A stretch of 64,000 nucleotides of DNA from Methanomicrobiales archaeon (GCA_037137755.1 JBAXJR010000002.1:1-64000), one strand, 5' to 3'; counted from the stretch's first letter, positions 10,392 to 20,948 are shown. Translations and numbers: made by a program. Notes: generated by a model from the sequence alone, not told the origin.

Positions 10392-11507
10392 GTGATGAAT
10401 AACTTCAGCATGCAACTCCGACCTCTCCTGATGTTCCTGGTATTGTTAGCGGTTATCATCTTCACTGGATGTACGGATCTCCCGCCCTCCGGACAAAGCG
10501 GCCCGGTCGTCAGTCCAACCTCCCATACCCCTTCACAACCGGCAAATGGGACATGGACGTTCGTGGTCTTTGGTGATTCGCGCGATATCACCAAGAATAC
10601 TACGACAGGGATCAGCCCGTATCTCTATCCCATCGCTGGTGCGGTTGCAAACGAGAGCCCGGACCTCGTCATCTATAACGGAGACCTCGTCAGCGGGTGG
10701 ATCATTGCGGAGACATCACCCGTGGCAACTGACTATCCTGCACAGTTCAGGAACTGGATGAATGCGGTCACCCCCATTCACAATTTCACGACAGGCAGCG
10801 GAATCCCGATGTACGTGATCAGGGGGAACCATGAGGACGGCCCGAACCAGACGATAATGCCCCTGCTGGATGCGTACCTCGTATCCGTTGCCCGGGACAT
10901 GCCACAAAACGGTCCCCCCGGTGAAGAGAGATTAACCTACTCCTTCATATGGAAAGGGGCGAAATTTATCGGGATTGATGAGTACTCCCCTCATAACGGG
11001 CTTAAAGAGACGGTAAACCAGACCTGGGTCGACGCAGAACTTACTCGCGATACAAGGCCATTCATGTTCGTTTTCGGTCATGCACCTGCATATCCTGTCG
11101 ATAGTGATCTGGACGATAAAGGATACGACCTTTCTGTCCATCCGGACCAGCGTGACCTGTTCTGGAACAGTCTTGCAAACCACCATGTGACCGCGTACTT
11201 CTCGGGGCATGCCCATATGTATGTCCGGGGTGTGGTCCAGGGAGTCCAGCAGGTGGTAAGCGGCAACGGCGGGGCAATCGGAAATCCATTCAACCCGGCA
11301 GAGGCAGATCCGACTCTCAAAATCGAGTATCCCCTTCAGAACGTACCGGCACTCGAAGGAAAAGTTGGTTATTTCGTCGTCACGGTCGATGAGCATGCAG
11401 GGACGATAAGTGCCGTGCAAAAGGTATACGATCATGTCAACGGGACCTGGAAAACTGGTGACCGGGTCGTCCTTTCAAGTTCAGGAAAGGTTATTCCTGT
11501 AAAATAA
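10392..11507 (+). CDS. Secreted/lipid-anchored metallophosphoesterase (calcineurin-like)
   Basis: FTGC lipobox; GDSR, NGDLV, RGNHE, GHAP, SGHAH motifs. Confidence 0.88.
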   Translation: MMNNFSMQLRPLLMFLVLLAVIIFTGCTDLPPSGQSGPVVSPTSHTPSQPANGTWTFVVFGDSRDITKNTTTGISPYLYPIAGAVANESPDLVIYNGDLVSGWIIAETSPVATDYPAQFRNWMNAVTPIHNFTTGSGIPMYVIRGNHEDGPNQTIMPLLDAYLVSVARDMPQNGPPGEERLTYSFIWKGAKFIGIDEYSPHNGLKETVNQTWVDAELTRDTRPFMFVFGHAPAYPVDSDLDDKGYDLSVHPDQRDLFWNSLANHHVTAYFSGHAHMYVRGVVQGVQQVVSGNGGAIGNPFNPAEADPTLKIEYPLQNVPALEGKVGYFVVTVDEHAGTISAVQKVYDHVNGTWKTGDRVVLSSSGKVIPVK

Positions 11508-11609
11508 CCCCGGGATAGGTAAGAAGTCCGACACGGGTACCAGGCGACAAACCCAGGGGGCCAGGGGAAACCCCCCCAACACCGAACAACGCTCCTTGAC
11601 GTTTTCTCC

Positions 11610-11705
11610 CAGCGAGCACTGCGAACACCGATCGCGTGGGGCTGTGTAACAAAATGGCGGAACAGGAAGGAAAAGGCGGTTCAGGTACAGCCTGTGATGT
11701 ATGGT
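11610..11705 (+). repeat. Intergenic repeat family 2, copy 1
   Basis: CAGCGAGCAC..ACCGATCG..GTGTA..TTCAGG shared with 14061-14157. Confidence 0.55.
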
Positions 11706-11718
11706 AAAAAGAAGAAGA

Positions 11719-13827
11719 TCATCCCTGCCCACCCGTTACGGGTGACACGGTAATCCCGAGACGCTGGTATAATACCTGCACGCCCGGTTTTGTCCCGAGG
11801 AAATGAACCAGGAGTTCGTTCCCATCCGCCATATTGCCTTTTGCAAGGATCTCCTGCCGGAACTTCCTGCCATCGGTCTGGTTCGTCATCCCGTCCCTTT
11901 TGAAGACATCGACGATGTTGAGGGCATACACCTTCGACCAGAGGTACCCGTAATACCCCGCATCGTAACCTCCCATGAAGTGACCCATCGTCGCAGGCTG
12001 GTGTGTCCCCGCAAGCTGTTTCATTCCCTTGACCTCCGCGTAGGTCCGGAACCAGACGTCTGTTGTATTAACCGGCCCGGAAGCAGAATGGAACCGCATG
12101 TCCTCCAGTGCATAGGCCAGCTGGCTGCTGTAATAACTTCCGATCCCGACATCCCTGGCCGCGATGACCTGATCGCGGAGTCCTGCCGGGAGTTTACGGG
12201 AGGTATTCGTATAATGGCCCGAGAGGGATTCCAGCACCTGCGGGTCCCAGACCCATTCCTCAAGGGTCTGCGAGGGGGTTTCAAGGAAATCCTTCTCGAC
12301 GTTCGTCCCGGAAAGGGTGCCGTAGGGCGACCTTGACAGGAGGTCGTGCACCGCATGGCCGTTTTCATGGAAGAGCGTCTCCATCTCGCCCGGCGTCAGG
12401 AGGGATGGTGTATTCCCTTCGGGGGCATGGAAATTACCCATAATTGCAACCACGGGGACCGTATACGTGCCTTCTTTCATCCTTCCCTTGCGAAGGGTAT
12501 ATTCTGCGAAATGCCCGTACTTCCCGTCCCGTGGATAGGGATCGAGATACAGGTACCCGATTGTCGCATTGTCGGAGCTGTTGCTCACCCTGAAGAGCCG
12601 TACTCCCGGAGACCAGACGGGTGCATCCTTCACCTCGTCATACCGGATTCCGAACAACGTCCCATAGGTAGAAAACATGCCCTGCAGGACCCCGTCAAGG
12701 GGGAAATACTCCCTGACTTCGTCCATATCGTAGGCATACAGGTTCTTCCGCTGTTTCTCCAGCAGGTACAGGATGTCCCAGGGGTCGACCTGCGTCGATG
12801 CCGGGTCGTAACGTTTCCTGATTTCAAGGAGCCCGGCAAGTTCTTTTCGGTTCTTCTCCACCAGGGGCCCTTTCATGGCATCGAGAAATGCCATTACATT
12901 GGTGGTATTCTCTGCCATCCTGCCGTCCAGCTGGTAATCGGCCCAGGTCTTGTACCCGAGTTCCTTCGCAATCTGCTCGCGAAGGACGATGGCTTCTTCC
13001 AGGAGGGCCGTGTTCCGTTCTGCCTGGCGGTTCAGGTCGGCCACATACATCTTCTTCCGCGTCTCGTTGTTCCCGGCATACGTCATCACTGCCAGGTAAT
13101 CCGGGTATTTCAGGGTGACGATGTAGGTACTACGGTTTGTTGTACCGAATGTGGCGATGGACGAGTCCGGGATGCCGGCCAGGTCTTCCGCAGTAAATTC
13201 AAGCGTGGTATTGTCGTTGTTCAGGTTGGCCGTAAACTGTGACTCAAGCCCGGTCAGGTTTTCCTTCATTGCCCTGACCGAGGCAAGCCGGTCCTCCGGC
13301 AGGTTCAGCCCGTTGTGTTCGAAATCCCTGATTGTTATCGTATAGAGCCGCGATTCCTCACTGGTCCGGGGGGCCTGCCCCTTCATCGCATCGTACAGGT
13401 CCCGGCGGGAATAGGTGCTGGTTAAGAATATATTGGCTGCCTGCTCTGAGGCTACGCCTTCGGCAGCGATGCCGGGGTCCGGGTAGACATACCCCATCAG
13501 GTTGAGTGGCGCGACTGCATCGTTATAATCTGTTATCGCACTGTCGAACGCAACGAGTGTCGTGCTCACCGTGCGTTCACCGGGTTTGAGGGCTGCAATT
13601 GCATTGAGCGAAGCATTAGCCCTCTGTTCTGCCGCAGAGCTTTCCCTGGCAATTTCCCCTGGAGAATAACGTGCCTGGATTGGCCCTGTCTCCTTCTGGG
13701 AAACGGAGACGTTCGGACCCGAAGGTGGGCCGTTCTGGAGGCATCCTGCCATCAGGATGATGATAAAAATCAGGACGAAGGTATATACCGCTGAATACAG
13801 GGGTTTCATGGGATGTTTTGCAAACAT
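11719..13827 (-). CDS. M3A family metallopeptidase (thimet oligopeptidase-like), lipoprotein
   Basis: MAGC lipobox; YLDPYPRDGKY, LFHENGHAVH (HExxH), DFLETPSQ, GYDAGYYGYLWS. Confidence 0.92.
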   Translation of the reverse strand: MFAKHPMKPLYSAVYTFVLIFIIILMAGCLQNGPPSGPNVSVSQKETGPIQARYSPGEIARESSAAEQRANASLNAIAALKPGERTVSTTLVAFDSAITDYNDAVAPLNLMGYVYPDPGIAAEGVASEQAANIFLTSTYSRRDLYDAMKGQAPRTSEESRLYTITIRDFEHNGLNLPEDRLASVRAMKENLTGLESQFTANLNNDNTTLEFTAEDLAGIPDSSIATFGTTNRSTYIVTLKYPDYLAVMTYAGNNETRKKMYVADLNRQAERNTALLEEAIVLREQIAKELGYKTWADYQLDGRMAENTTNVMAFLDAMKGPLVEKNRKELAGLLEIRKRYDPASTQVDPWDILYLLEKQRKNLYAYDMDEVREYFPLDGVLQGMFSTYGTLFGIRYDEVKDAPVWSPGVRLFRVSNSSDNATIGYLYLDPYPRDGKYGHFAEYTLRKGRMKEGTYTVPVVAIMGNFHAPEGNTPSLLTPGEMETLFHENGHAVHDLLSRSPYGTLSGTNVEKDFLETPSQTLEEWVWDPQVLESLSGHYTNTSRKLPAGLRDQVIAARDVGIGSYYSSQLAYALEDMRFHSASGPVNTTDVWFRTYAEVKGMKQLAGTHQPATMGHFMGGYDAGYYGYLWSKVYALNIVDVFKRDGMTNQTDGRKFRQEILAKGNMADGNELLVHFLGTKPGVQVLYQRLGITVSPVTGGQG

Positions 13828-14060
13828 TGGAGAATCAGTTATAATTCCCTATGGTGTTATTGAGAATAATTCCTGTGTTTGGGTATCGGGATCGGGTGAA
13901 CGATGGATAACACAAAACCCATGGTGCCCGTTGTATATAGCTGCATACGGTTTATGGGCTACAATGGCCAGGAAGCCTGATTATAAAGAATATCCTGTCC
14001 TTTTACAAAGCGAGGTATGAATTCAGCTCCCTACACATAAAACCCCTTTCCCGTTCTGTG

Positions 14061-14157
14061 CAGCGAGCACCGCCTGGACCGATCGTACCGGAAACCGTGT
14101 AGTACTACGGTGAAATTGCAATAAAACCGGAAAATTCAGGGTAGGCTGATTATGAGG
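14061..14157 (+). repeat. Intergenic repeat family 2, copy 2
   Basis: CAGCGAGCACCGCCTGGACCGATCGTACCGGAAACCGTGTAG..TTCAGGGTAGGCTG similar to the 11610 copy. Confidence 0.55.
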
Positions 14158-14549
14158 CCGGTACTACTTGAAGCGGCAGGATCTTCCGCAAAACAATTTC
14201 CCAGAGGATTTCCTGGTATATCCCAAAATATCCATGAATCAGGGGATCACGGGACCCGGCTACCGCTCATCGAATCCCGGGAAGAGTTAGTCAGGAGATT
14301 ATAACCTACAACAGGATATGGGTACTATAAGTGTGAGACATTAATGGAATCAGGAAATGAATACCGGGTAGTACAGGTACTGTGCCATGCTGTGGAGCAT
14401 CAATGCTTATCCATAAACGGATGGTTGATCTTGTTCCGGTGTATATCTGCAACGAATGTCAGCAGGTCAACAATATGATGTGATGTGCATAAATGCAACT
14501 GATCGGGCCTGAAATTTTTTTAGTAGTTGTTTTTTAATTACCAGGTCAA

Positions 14550-15437
14550 ATGTCTGAACTGGAGGGTTGTACAACGACAGGGGTCCAGGTCCGGCACCCG
14601 GTATCAGACACAGCGGCGCTGGTGATGCTCTGGGCAGACCAGTACTACCAGCAAAATCCCCTGATCAGGGCTTATCTCCGGAGGCTAGACCTTGAGGCCG
14701 GGAGAGACCTGTTCGATCGGTACAACCGTGTCTGCCCCTGGTACTCTGAAGTGATCATCAACCGGAAGCACTTCATCTGTAACACGGTCAGGGAACTGGT
14801 TCAATCCGCGCGGGGGAATGTGACAATCGTCAATCTCGGGGCCGGGTTCTCCCCGCTCGCCCTGGAACTCGCTGACCTGCTCGCTCCTGGCTGCACAGTT
14901 ATCGAAATTGATGAGAGCGGTATGGACCGGAAGCAGGAGATCTACCCTGACCTCATCCCGGATTGCTGCGGATATATCTCTTCAATCAAAGCAGATATCA
15001 CGGATTGTCACGCTCTTGAAGATGCCCTTTGGCAGGAAAAGGAAGGACACCTCATCGTGGTAATGGAGGGCCTCACCTATTACATCTCGCGGGGGGGGAT
15101 GGCAGGGGTCCTTTCCGCACTCTCCGGGATCCCCGGGGAGCAGAGCATTGTGTTTGAGCACCTGAAGCCCTGCCAGCTGATCCGGGAGGAGCGGCGATTC
15201 ATTCCTGAGAAAATATTCTCGCATGTACGGGACTATACCGCCCTCGACCGCATGACTACCTATACTGAAGGGGAAATTCAGGCGCTGCTTCCTCCGGATT
15301 TTACCTGTTCCTATTACAACATGGACGAGATGGAGAAAAGGAGGACCGGTGCGTACACATACTTCCCGACTCCTGATTCCGGCTGGCTGTCCTGTGCAGT
15401 TGCGTTGCGAAACCAGGATTTTTATTCTCCTGAATAA
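14550..15437 (+). CDS. Class I SAM-dependent methyltransferase, leucine-carboxyl-methyltransferase-like
   Basis: VSDTA, IVNLGAGF, IEID, VVMEGLTYY. Confidence 0.8.
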   Translation: MSELEGCTTTGVQVRHPVSDTAALVMLWADQYYQQNPLIRAYLRRLDLEAGRDLFDRYNRVCPWYSEVIINRKHFICNTVRELVQSARGNVTIVNLGAGFSPLALELADLLAPGCTVIEIDESGMDRKQEIYPDLIPDCCGYISSIKADITDCHALEDALWQEKEGHLIVVMEGLTYYISRGGMAGVLSALSGIPGEQSIVFEHLKPCQLIREERRFIPEKIFSHVRDYTALDRMTTYTEGEIQALLPPDFTCSYYNMDEMEKRRTGAYTYFPTPDSGWLSCAVALRNQDFYSPE

Positions 15438-15597
15438 CCGGATGTAACTCTCCAATGACCTGTCCGGACATACTTTCTCTGGTAAAGGTTGATCCAGGTC
15501 CTGTCCGGGATGCGTGAATTTCGGACAACCTATGCCCTTATTCCACTGATCCGTGGTTTTCGCTCCCGACCGACCAAAAAGCCGCATCCACACAAGT

Positions 15598-16365
15598 TCA
15601 GCGTTTCACAAGACCGGTTACCTCTTCACGGATCGCCAGGAAATCCTTGTCTGCAATGCTTCGCGGACGGGGGAGCCGGACATCGATCAGCCCATGAATG
15701 CTTGCCGGCCGGTCTGAAAGGACAATAATACGGTCAGCGAGGTAGACTGCCTCTTCAGGGTTGTGGGTGACGAGCAGGATAGCGACCGGGTGACCTTCAG
15801 CCGATGCTGCATCCCGTATCCTGATGATCTCGTCCTGCAGCTCACGGCGGGTAAACGGGTCGAGTGCACTGAACGGCTCATCCATCAGGATGATCCCCGG
15901 GTGTACCGCAAGTGCCCGTGCAACGGCAGCCCGTTGTTTCATACCACCTGAGAGCTGGTACGGGTAATACGCGGAGAACGAGGTCAGCCCTATCAGGTCC
16001 AGAAGGTCTGCTACCCGCTTGGTTGCCACATCCTCCGGAACTTTCTCCGCACCGAGCCTCAGGCCGTAGGAGATATTATCGTGGACATTAAGCCATGGGA
16101 AGAGGGCGTCGTCCTGGAATACCATGGCCGCCCTGGCAGGTCCCGTCCCCTGGGACTCAAGCGTACTGATGGAGCCGGAATCGATTGTTTCAAGACCGGC
16201 AATCATCCGGAGCAACGTGGACTTCCCGCACCCCGAGGTCCCCATTATGCAGAGGATTTCGCCCGGGAAGGCCTCGAACGATATTCCCTGGAGGACCCTG
16301 CACTCCTGTTCATCAGCAACAAAGGTCTTTTTGAGGTCCCTGACCGAAAGTACGGGTTCCATCAT
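15598..16365 (-). CDS. ABC transporter ATP-binding protein (SsuB/TauB/NrtD type)
   Basis: GTSGCGKST, VFQDDALFPWL, LSGGMKQR, LMDEPFSALD. Confidence 0.95.
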   Translation of the reverse strand: MMEPVLSVRDLKKTFVADEQECRVLQGISFEAFPGEILCIMGTSGCGKSTLLRMIAGLETIDSGSISTLESQGTGPARAAMVFQDDALFPWLNVHDNISYGLRLGAEKVPEDVATKRVADLLDLIGLTSFSAYYPYQLSGGMKQRAAVARALAVHPGIILMDEPFSALDPFTRRELQDEIIRIRDAASAEGHPVAILLVTHNPEEAVYLADRIIVLSDRPASIHGLIDVRLPRPRSIADKDFLAIREEVTGLVKR

Positions 16366-17147
16366 CCCCTCCCCTGCCAGTGAAAGAACTTCGTCTGCCC
16401 GGCACGGAAGAGCATATCGGCACCAAGGCCAATGATGCCTATAATGACCATCCCGGCGCCGATCACCTGCAGCTGGCCCAGGTTATAGGCATACATGATC
16501 ATGAAACCGAGCCCCGCACTCGTCCCCGGGAGCATCTCGGCAGCAACCACGCACATCCAGGCAACGGCAAACGCAACACGGAGCCCTGTCCATATGACCG
16601 GCAGTGCACCCGGGACTATCACGGTCCGGACCCGTTCAAACGAGGTCGACCGGAACATCCGGGCCACGTCGGTCCACTGCGACCTCACCCCGTGCACCCC
16701 GTCTATCGTGTTAATCAGGATCGGGAAGAACGCTCCCATGAAAATAATAAAAATAATTGACGTGAACCCGAGCCCAAACCACGCGATGGCAAACGGCATC
16801 CAGGCAATGGGCGGAACAGGGCGGATCATCTGAGTAAAGTAGTTAAGGTAGGAGTCGACCTCCTTCGAGGTCCCGATCAGGAGCCCAAGGGGAACTGCGA
16901 CTGCTACCGCACACAAGAACCCGGTCAGCACTTCCCGAAGGCTCACGAGAGCATTCTGTGCCAGTGACGAACCCCCGAGGACTGATGCAAACGGGTGGGC
17001 CAGGACAAGCAGAATGTCCCCCAGCCTGGGGAGGATATAGTTATTATTGATAATAATGGCCGCAACTTCCCAGATAATAAGGAACAGGACGATTACGACC
17101 AGTCCCTTGGCTATGTTAGAAATGGAATGCTTTTTTTTAGGTTCCAT
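16362..17147 (-). CDS. ABC transporter permease (SsuC/TauC type)
   Basis: RPVPPIAW, FFPILINT, PGALP, AWMCVVAAEM. Confidence 0.93.
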   Translation of the reverse strand: MEPKKKHSISNIAKGLVVIVLFLIIWEVAAIIINNNYILPRLGDILLVLAHPFASVLGGSSLAQNALVSLREVLTGFLCAVAVAVPLGLLIGTSKEVDSYLNYFTQMIRPVPPIAWMPFAIAWFGLGFTSIIFIIFMGAFFPILINTIDGVHGVRSQWTDVARMFRSTSFERVRTVIVPGALPVIWTGLRVAFAVAWMCVVAAEMLPGTSAGLGFMIMYAYNLGQLQVIGAGMVIIGIIGLGADMLFRAGQTKFFHWQGRG

Positions 17148-18318
17148 ACATGATCACCGTGATATTGTCATATGCAAGGGCACTCCGGATGATGGTCTCC
17201 TGGATCGAACTCTGGACTGTTGCGATGACGAGCGGACTCCCGTGGGCCGATCTCATTTCTGCCCAATCGGTAAAGGTGTTCCAGTCGCTACAGGGTGCCT
17301 GGTTGTTGACCACCAGCCCGGTGCCCCCTGAATTGATGGACTGGATCATGGTTGAAGGGTTCCCGAGACCGATCTGGAGTTCTTCTGGGACAGACCCGAT
17401 ATAGGCCCCGTCCAGTGCACCCTGCCCGATGGTGGTCATAATCCCTCCCCCGGACTGGCCTGGGATCAGGGTGACGTTCGCGAAAGGCTGGTCATTCACA
17501 TAAAGAGTGCAATGTTCGGGACGGGATTCAGCGGGGTTATCCGGGGCCAGGTAGAAACCGTAGCGATCGCGGAAGTAGTCAGCGTCTTTCACCATCACAT
17601 ACAGAGGTGCCGTATGGTCCGAGGAAGCCAGGTAACCCAGGTTTACCTCAATTACGTTACCGGGTTCCGGGAGGGCAAGAGTCCCGTTCAGGTATTGTTT
17701 CCCCTGTTCCACAATTGCATGGTCCATCTGGGGGGTTTTCGTGCTGTCTTCGGCTGGCAGTCCGATATCATTTATATCGGGTGGGTATGCCCCGCTCGTG
17801 AAGTTGATATTGGTAAAGGCCTGTTGTTCAACCGAGAGCGGGTTCAGTGTTCCGGACGCTGTCAGGAGGGGTTTTGTGCCAAATACCCATGCTGCCGTGA
17901 TATTCTCTGCCTGGGACTGGTTTTCGTTCACCCGTTCAACTGCTGCGGTTGTCAGTCCGGAAAGGAGTGCTGATACATTGGAGTTCTTCGCAACCATGTC
18001 ATTCCGGAGGACAAAAACACAGCAGGCCGTATCTCCCCATGCACCCGGTGGAGGCATCCATTCTGGGGTCGCGATCATCTTTGCAGTACCGGGAAGGGTA
18101 GCGGTTGAAACAATCGGCTCCCATACGATGAATGCATCAATCTGGCCGGCATTAAGCAGCTGGACCATCGACCCCGAGGAAGCATACACGAGGTAGACCT
18201 TGCTTTGGGAATCGGATTGACTGGTATCCTGATAATCGGGGTAAAGCGCTAAGAACAGCAGGGTGACAACCAGGAGGAGACAGATGACAAATGTGAGGGG
18301 TAACTGCCGTCCTTTCAT
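17137..18318 (-). CDS. ABC substrate-binding protein, SsuA/NMT1-like, apparently circularly permuted
   Basis: N-terminal anchor; GQIDAFIVWEP..CCVFV comes before GYLASSDHTAPLYV..GGGIMTTIGQGALDGAYIG..SIQ; operon with permease and ATPase. Confidence 0.8.
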   Translation of the reverse strand: MKGRQLPLTFVICLLLVVTLLFLALYPDYQDTSQSDSQSKVYLVYASSGSMVQLLNAGQIDAFIVWEPIVSTATLPGTAKMIATPEWMPPPGAWGDTACCVFVLRNDMVAKNSNVSALLSGLTTAAVERVNENQSQAENITAAWVFGTKPLLTASGTLNPLSVEQQAFTNINFTSGAYPPDINDIGLPAEDSTKTPQMDHAIVEQGKQYLNGTLALPEPGNVIEVNLGYLASSDHTAPLYVMVKDADYFRDRYGFYLAPDNPAESRPEHCTLYVNDQPFANVTLIPGQSGGGIMTTIGQGALDGAYIGSVPEELQIGLGNPSTMIQSINSGGTGLVVNNQAPCSDWNTFTDWAEMRSAHGSPLVIATVQSSIQETIIRSALAYDNITVIMYGT

Positions 18319-18363
18319 GGTTCAACTTTCTTATTTTTTGAGATACTGCTATTTATGGATACA

Positions 18364-18387
18364 CGGTTTGTAATTATGGATGTAAGA
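18364..18387. repeat. 24-bp motif identical to 34286-34309
   Basis: CGGTTTGTAATTATGGATGTAAGA at both sites. Confidence 0.8.
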
Positions 18388-18641
18388 CCTGCCCAGGCAT
18401 CCGGTATTCAAGCGTTAGGTTGTGACTTCGTATTCATTCGGTGGAAAATTATCCACACCGGACGTCCGAAAAAGAGGAATTCTCAACTTCTTTTGAGGGC
18501 ACAAATACCCATACGAGATGAAACTTGAAGCATGCAATCCAGAAGTCGAAGGATTTTTCGATATCCGTATATGGACCTTTACCGGGAATGCAAATTAGCG
18601 TGATCACAAATCACCGATGATGTTTAAAAAAAATGAAATTG

Positions 18642-18857
18642 TTATGCGTTTTTCATTTTGGCTTTTCCCACAAATCCATCTTTACCAAGATAATACATGA
18701 AGCCTTTTTCTCTTACAATCATCTCAGTTCCGATTTTCTTCTTCTTGCCGGATTTATTATGTTTCATCGGGGCTGCCCAGACGTATCCGTCTTTACCAAG
18801 ATAATAGAGAAAACCATTATCTCGCTGAATCTTTTCTTTTCCAATTTTAGTACCCAT
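18642..18857 (-). CDS. Small basic two-repeat protein, putative chromatin/nucleic-acid-binding (Cc1-like)
   Basis: 71 aa, Lys-rich; two repeats of KIGxExIxRxxGFxYYLGKDG(Y/F)VxxAxMK; strong TATA-like element about 50 bp upstream. Confidence 0.7.
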   Translation of the reverse strand: MGTKIGKEKIQRDNGFLYYLGKDGYVWAAPMKHNKSGKKKKIGTEMIVREKGFMYYLGKDGFVGKAKMKNA

Positions 18858-19317
18858 AAAGCACCTCAAACCCTAATCAGGGTGAGATAATGAGAATTAA
18901 TATCTTATTATATAAATACTCTTTGGCTATAACCTATTCAATGGGGCTATTTTACGAATTGGTGGTCAATGTATTGAGATGATTTTTGGACACATTGATA
19001 ATCCAAATCAGTCTCAATAATGATGGGGACTCATGATCGATTTCATCGATATTCCGTCGGTTTTCATGCATTAATTCCTTTTTGCATTAAGACTGTCTTT
19101 TGAAATGAGTCCGCCAAACCCGATTCCTTGTGGTGCAAAGGCATCATATCAGAGCCTTAAAGGGACTGCTAACCGTCCGGAAACTGCAACCCCCACATGG
19201 ACAACCCAGATTATTTCGTATCGAAGATGCAACAATATTGTGCCGTTGCTCCGGAATATTACCCTGACATACGTGCCCAGATATTTTCGGGTTGGCATTT
19301 GGTGAATGGTGTGAAAA

Positions 19318-19959
19318 ATGGTCCGCTACCTGATAGATATCCGCCAGATGGGTCCCGTAAAACACCAGATCAGCACGTTAAGCAACCAGCTATCCGGGAA
19401 ATTTAATATCAGGGACAAATGTGTAGTCCCGCATATAACCCTTGTCGGACCTTTTTCAACCCCGTATGAAGAAAAACTCGTCGAAGATTTCAAAAGAATC
19501 TGTTCTGACCAGGAGAAGACCCCGAAATACGAGGTCGGGGGGTACGGTTTTTTTGACGATACGAGGGTTGTTTATGTTACGATTACTCCTGATGACACCT
19601 TAAAACAATTCAGGTACCTGCTGTCCCAGACAATCTCCCCCTATTGTTCACTACGGGACTATGACCTGGATTCCGCCGAAGGATTCATGTTCCACTCTAC
19701 GCTTGCCATGAAACTCGACTGGCTCACCTTCCAGAGAATAAAATGGTACGTCCGGGGATTGGAAAAAGTCATGTACCGGCACCACCCGATCCGGGTAACC
19801 CTGCTCCGGAATTCAAAAATTGTCTGCGAGTATGATTTTATCCAGAAGAGGATGCTGAGCCGGAAACAGGCTATGAGCAAGGCAACCCGGATGCGTGATT
19901 ATGATATTCTTAAGATGTGGGATGACGGGAGTGGGGAATCAGAGTACAGGGGTCCGTGA
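19318..19959 (+). CDS. 2H phosphoesterase (2'-5' RNA ligase family)
   Basis: Two HxT motifs: PHITL and FHSTL. Confidence 0.85.
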   Translation: MVRYLIDIRQMGPVKHQISTLSNQLSGKFNIRDKCVVPHITLVGPFSTPYEEKLVEDFKRICSDQEKTPKYEVGGYGFFDDTRVVYVTITPDDTLKQFRYLLSQTISPYCSLRDYDLDSAEGFMFHSTLAMKLDWLTFQRIKWYVRGLEKVMYRHHPIRVTLLRNSKIVCEYDFIQKRMLSRKQAMSKATRMRDYDILKMWDDGSGESEYRGP

Positions 19960-20004
19960 TTTATTTTTGAGTGACCTCATAGCTTCTGACAGATCTCAAT
20001 CTCA

Positions 20005-20298
20005 AATGCCTGGCAACCCACCACAGGAAAAAATGTTGACTGGCAGGTAACAAGTCCATCCGGTCAGGTCCATGTAAACGGGCCTAACTCCTTAAAGGTA
20101 AACCCGGTGACAGAATCTGAACGGGTCCGCCGCAAAGGTGAGATAGCCTACCTGGTCGTCCGGGTTCGGGAACGAAAGGTACTATGTGTTGTTTGTTACG
20201 TGCATGAGGGTCCCGGGGTACTTGTCCGGCCCGATCCCGAAGGTCATATTCCCTGCATCCGGGCCCGGTTTAATCTGCGTGGTCCCGTAAAGGTCCGC
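20005..20298 (-). pseudogene. Degenerate paralogous copy of the 3' end (and downstream flank) of the serine hydrolase at 24601-26163
   Basis: High nucleotide similarity to about 24543-24830, with indels and a TGG-to-TAG change. Confidence 0.88.
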
Positions 20299-20300
20299 AT

Positions 20301-20435
20301 TCGATAAGGACAACAGTCCCTGCCTATATTGTAAACCCGTTTGATCTCAAGAAGGGAGACAAATTAAGTTGGTGTATTGAAAACGGGGCTGTTGTTATCC
20401 AGGTGACCAAACAAGAAAATAAAATTTTTCGATAG
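20301..20435 (+). pseudogene. 5'-truncated AbrB/MazE/SpoVT-type DNA-binding protein
   Basis: SIRTTVPAYIVNPFDLKKGDKLSWCIENGAVVIQV; no start codon, abuts the hydrolase remnant. Confidence 0.7.
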
Positions 20436-20931
20436 TATTTGCCAATCTGCTGCTCACTCTTATTCCCTTCACGCCCTGGAAAAATAGTTACATTGATGAA
20501 GCGAAGGAGGACCACTTATTCCGTCCATTCTACTTAACGTTCCCGCCAGCACCTAACGTCTCATGTAGAGCGTGAACATATCCGGGAGCTGAAGTGTTCC
20601 CAATGCCAATCAGGGACCTCGATCCCGCAGAAAAAGGCCCGGACCGTGACCTGTTGATTCCACGTCCATCGCCAGCGAATCCGGTAGCTCAGTATCCCCA
20701 AGGCTAATCGAACCAGCTGAATGATAATTCAAAGCATCAGTCATAAACCTCCCCTACATCGAGGCATATTCACAATAGGCCGATCTGGTAAGGTTCGCTC
20801 CATCTGCATCAGGTGAGTCCGATCCACACATCACCCCGGCTTCCGGAGCACCATAGTTATTGATCATTAGCGACTCTGCCAGGATCCCGAGGTCCCTTAT
20901 CTGCCCGTATTCAATCACACCGATAGGAAAA

Positions 20932-20948
20932 TTTGGAGTTATACCAAA
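20932..20948. promoter_or_regulatory. Putative DtxR-family operator 1
   Basis: TTTGG-AGTTATA-CCAAA upstream of the regulator; its reverse complement recurs at 23164-23180. Confidence 0.75.

Noticed and set aside
14370-14484. Small zinc-ribbon-like frame (PCCG..CNEC)
   Set aside because: Under 40 codons with no convincing start; cannot be distinguished from chance or a remnant.
20520-20910. Protein-like minus-strand frames upstream of the DtxR gene
   Set aside because: Interrupted by stops and no family recognisable; at most an unidentifiable remnant.
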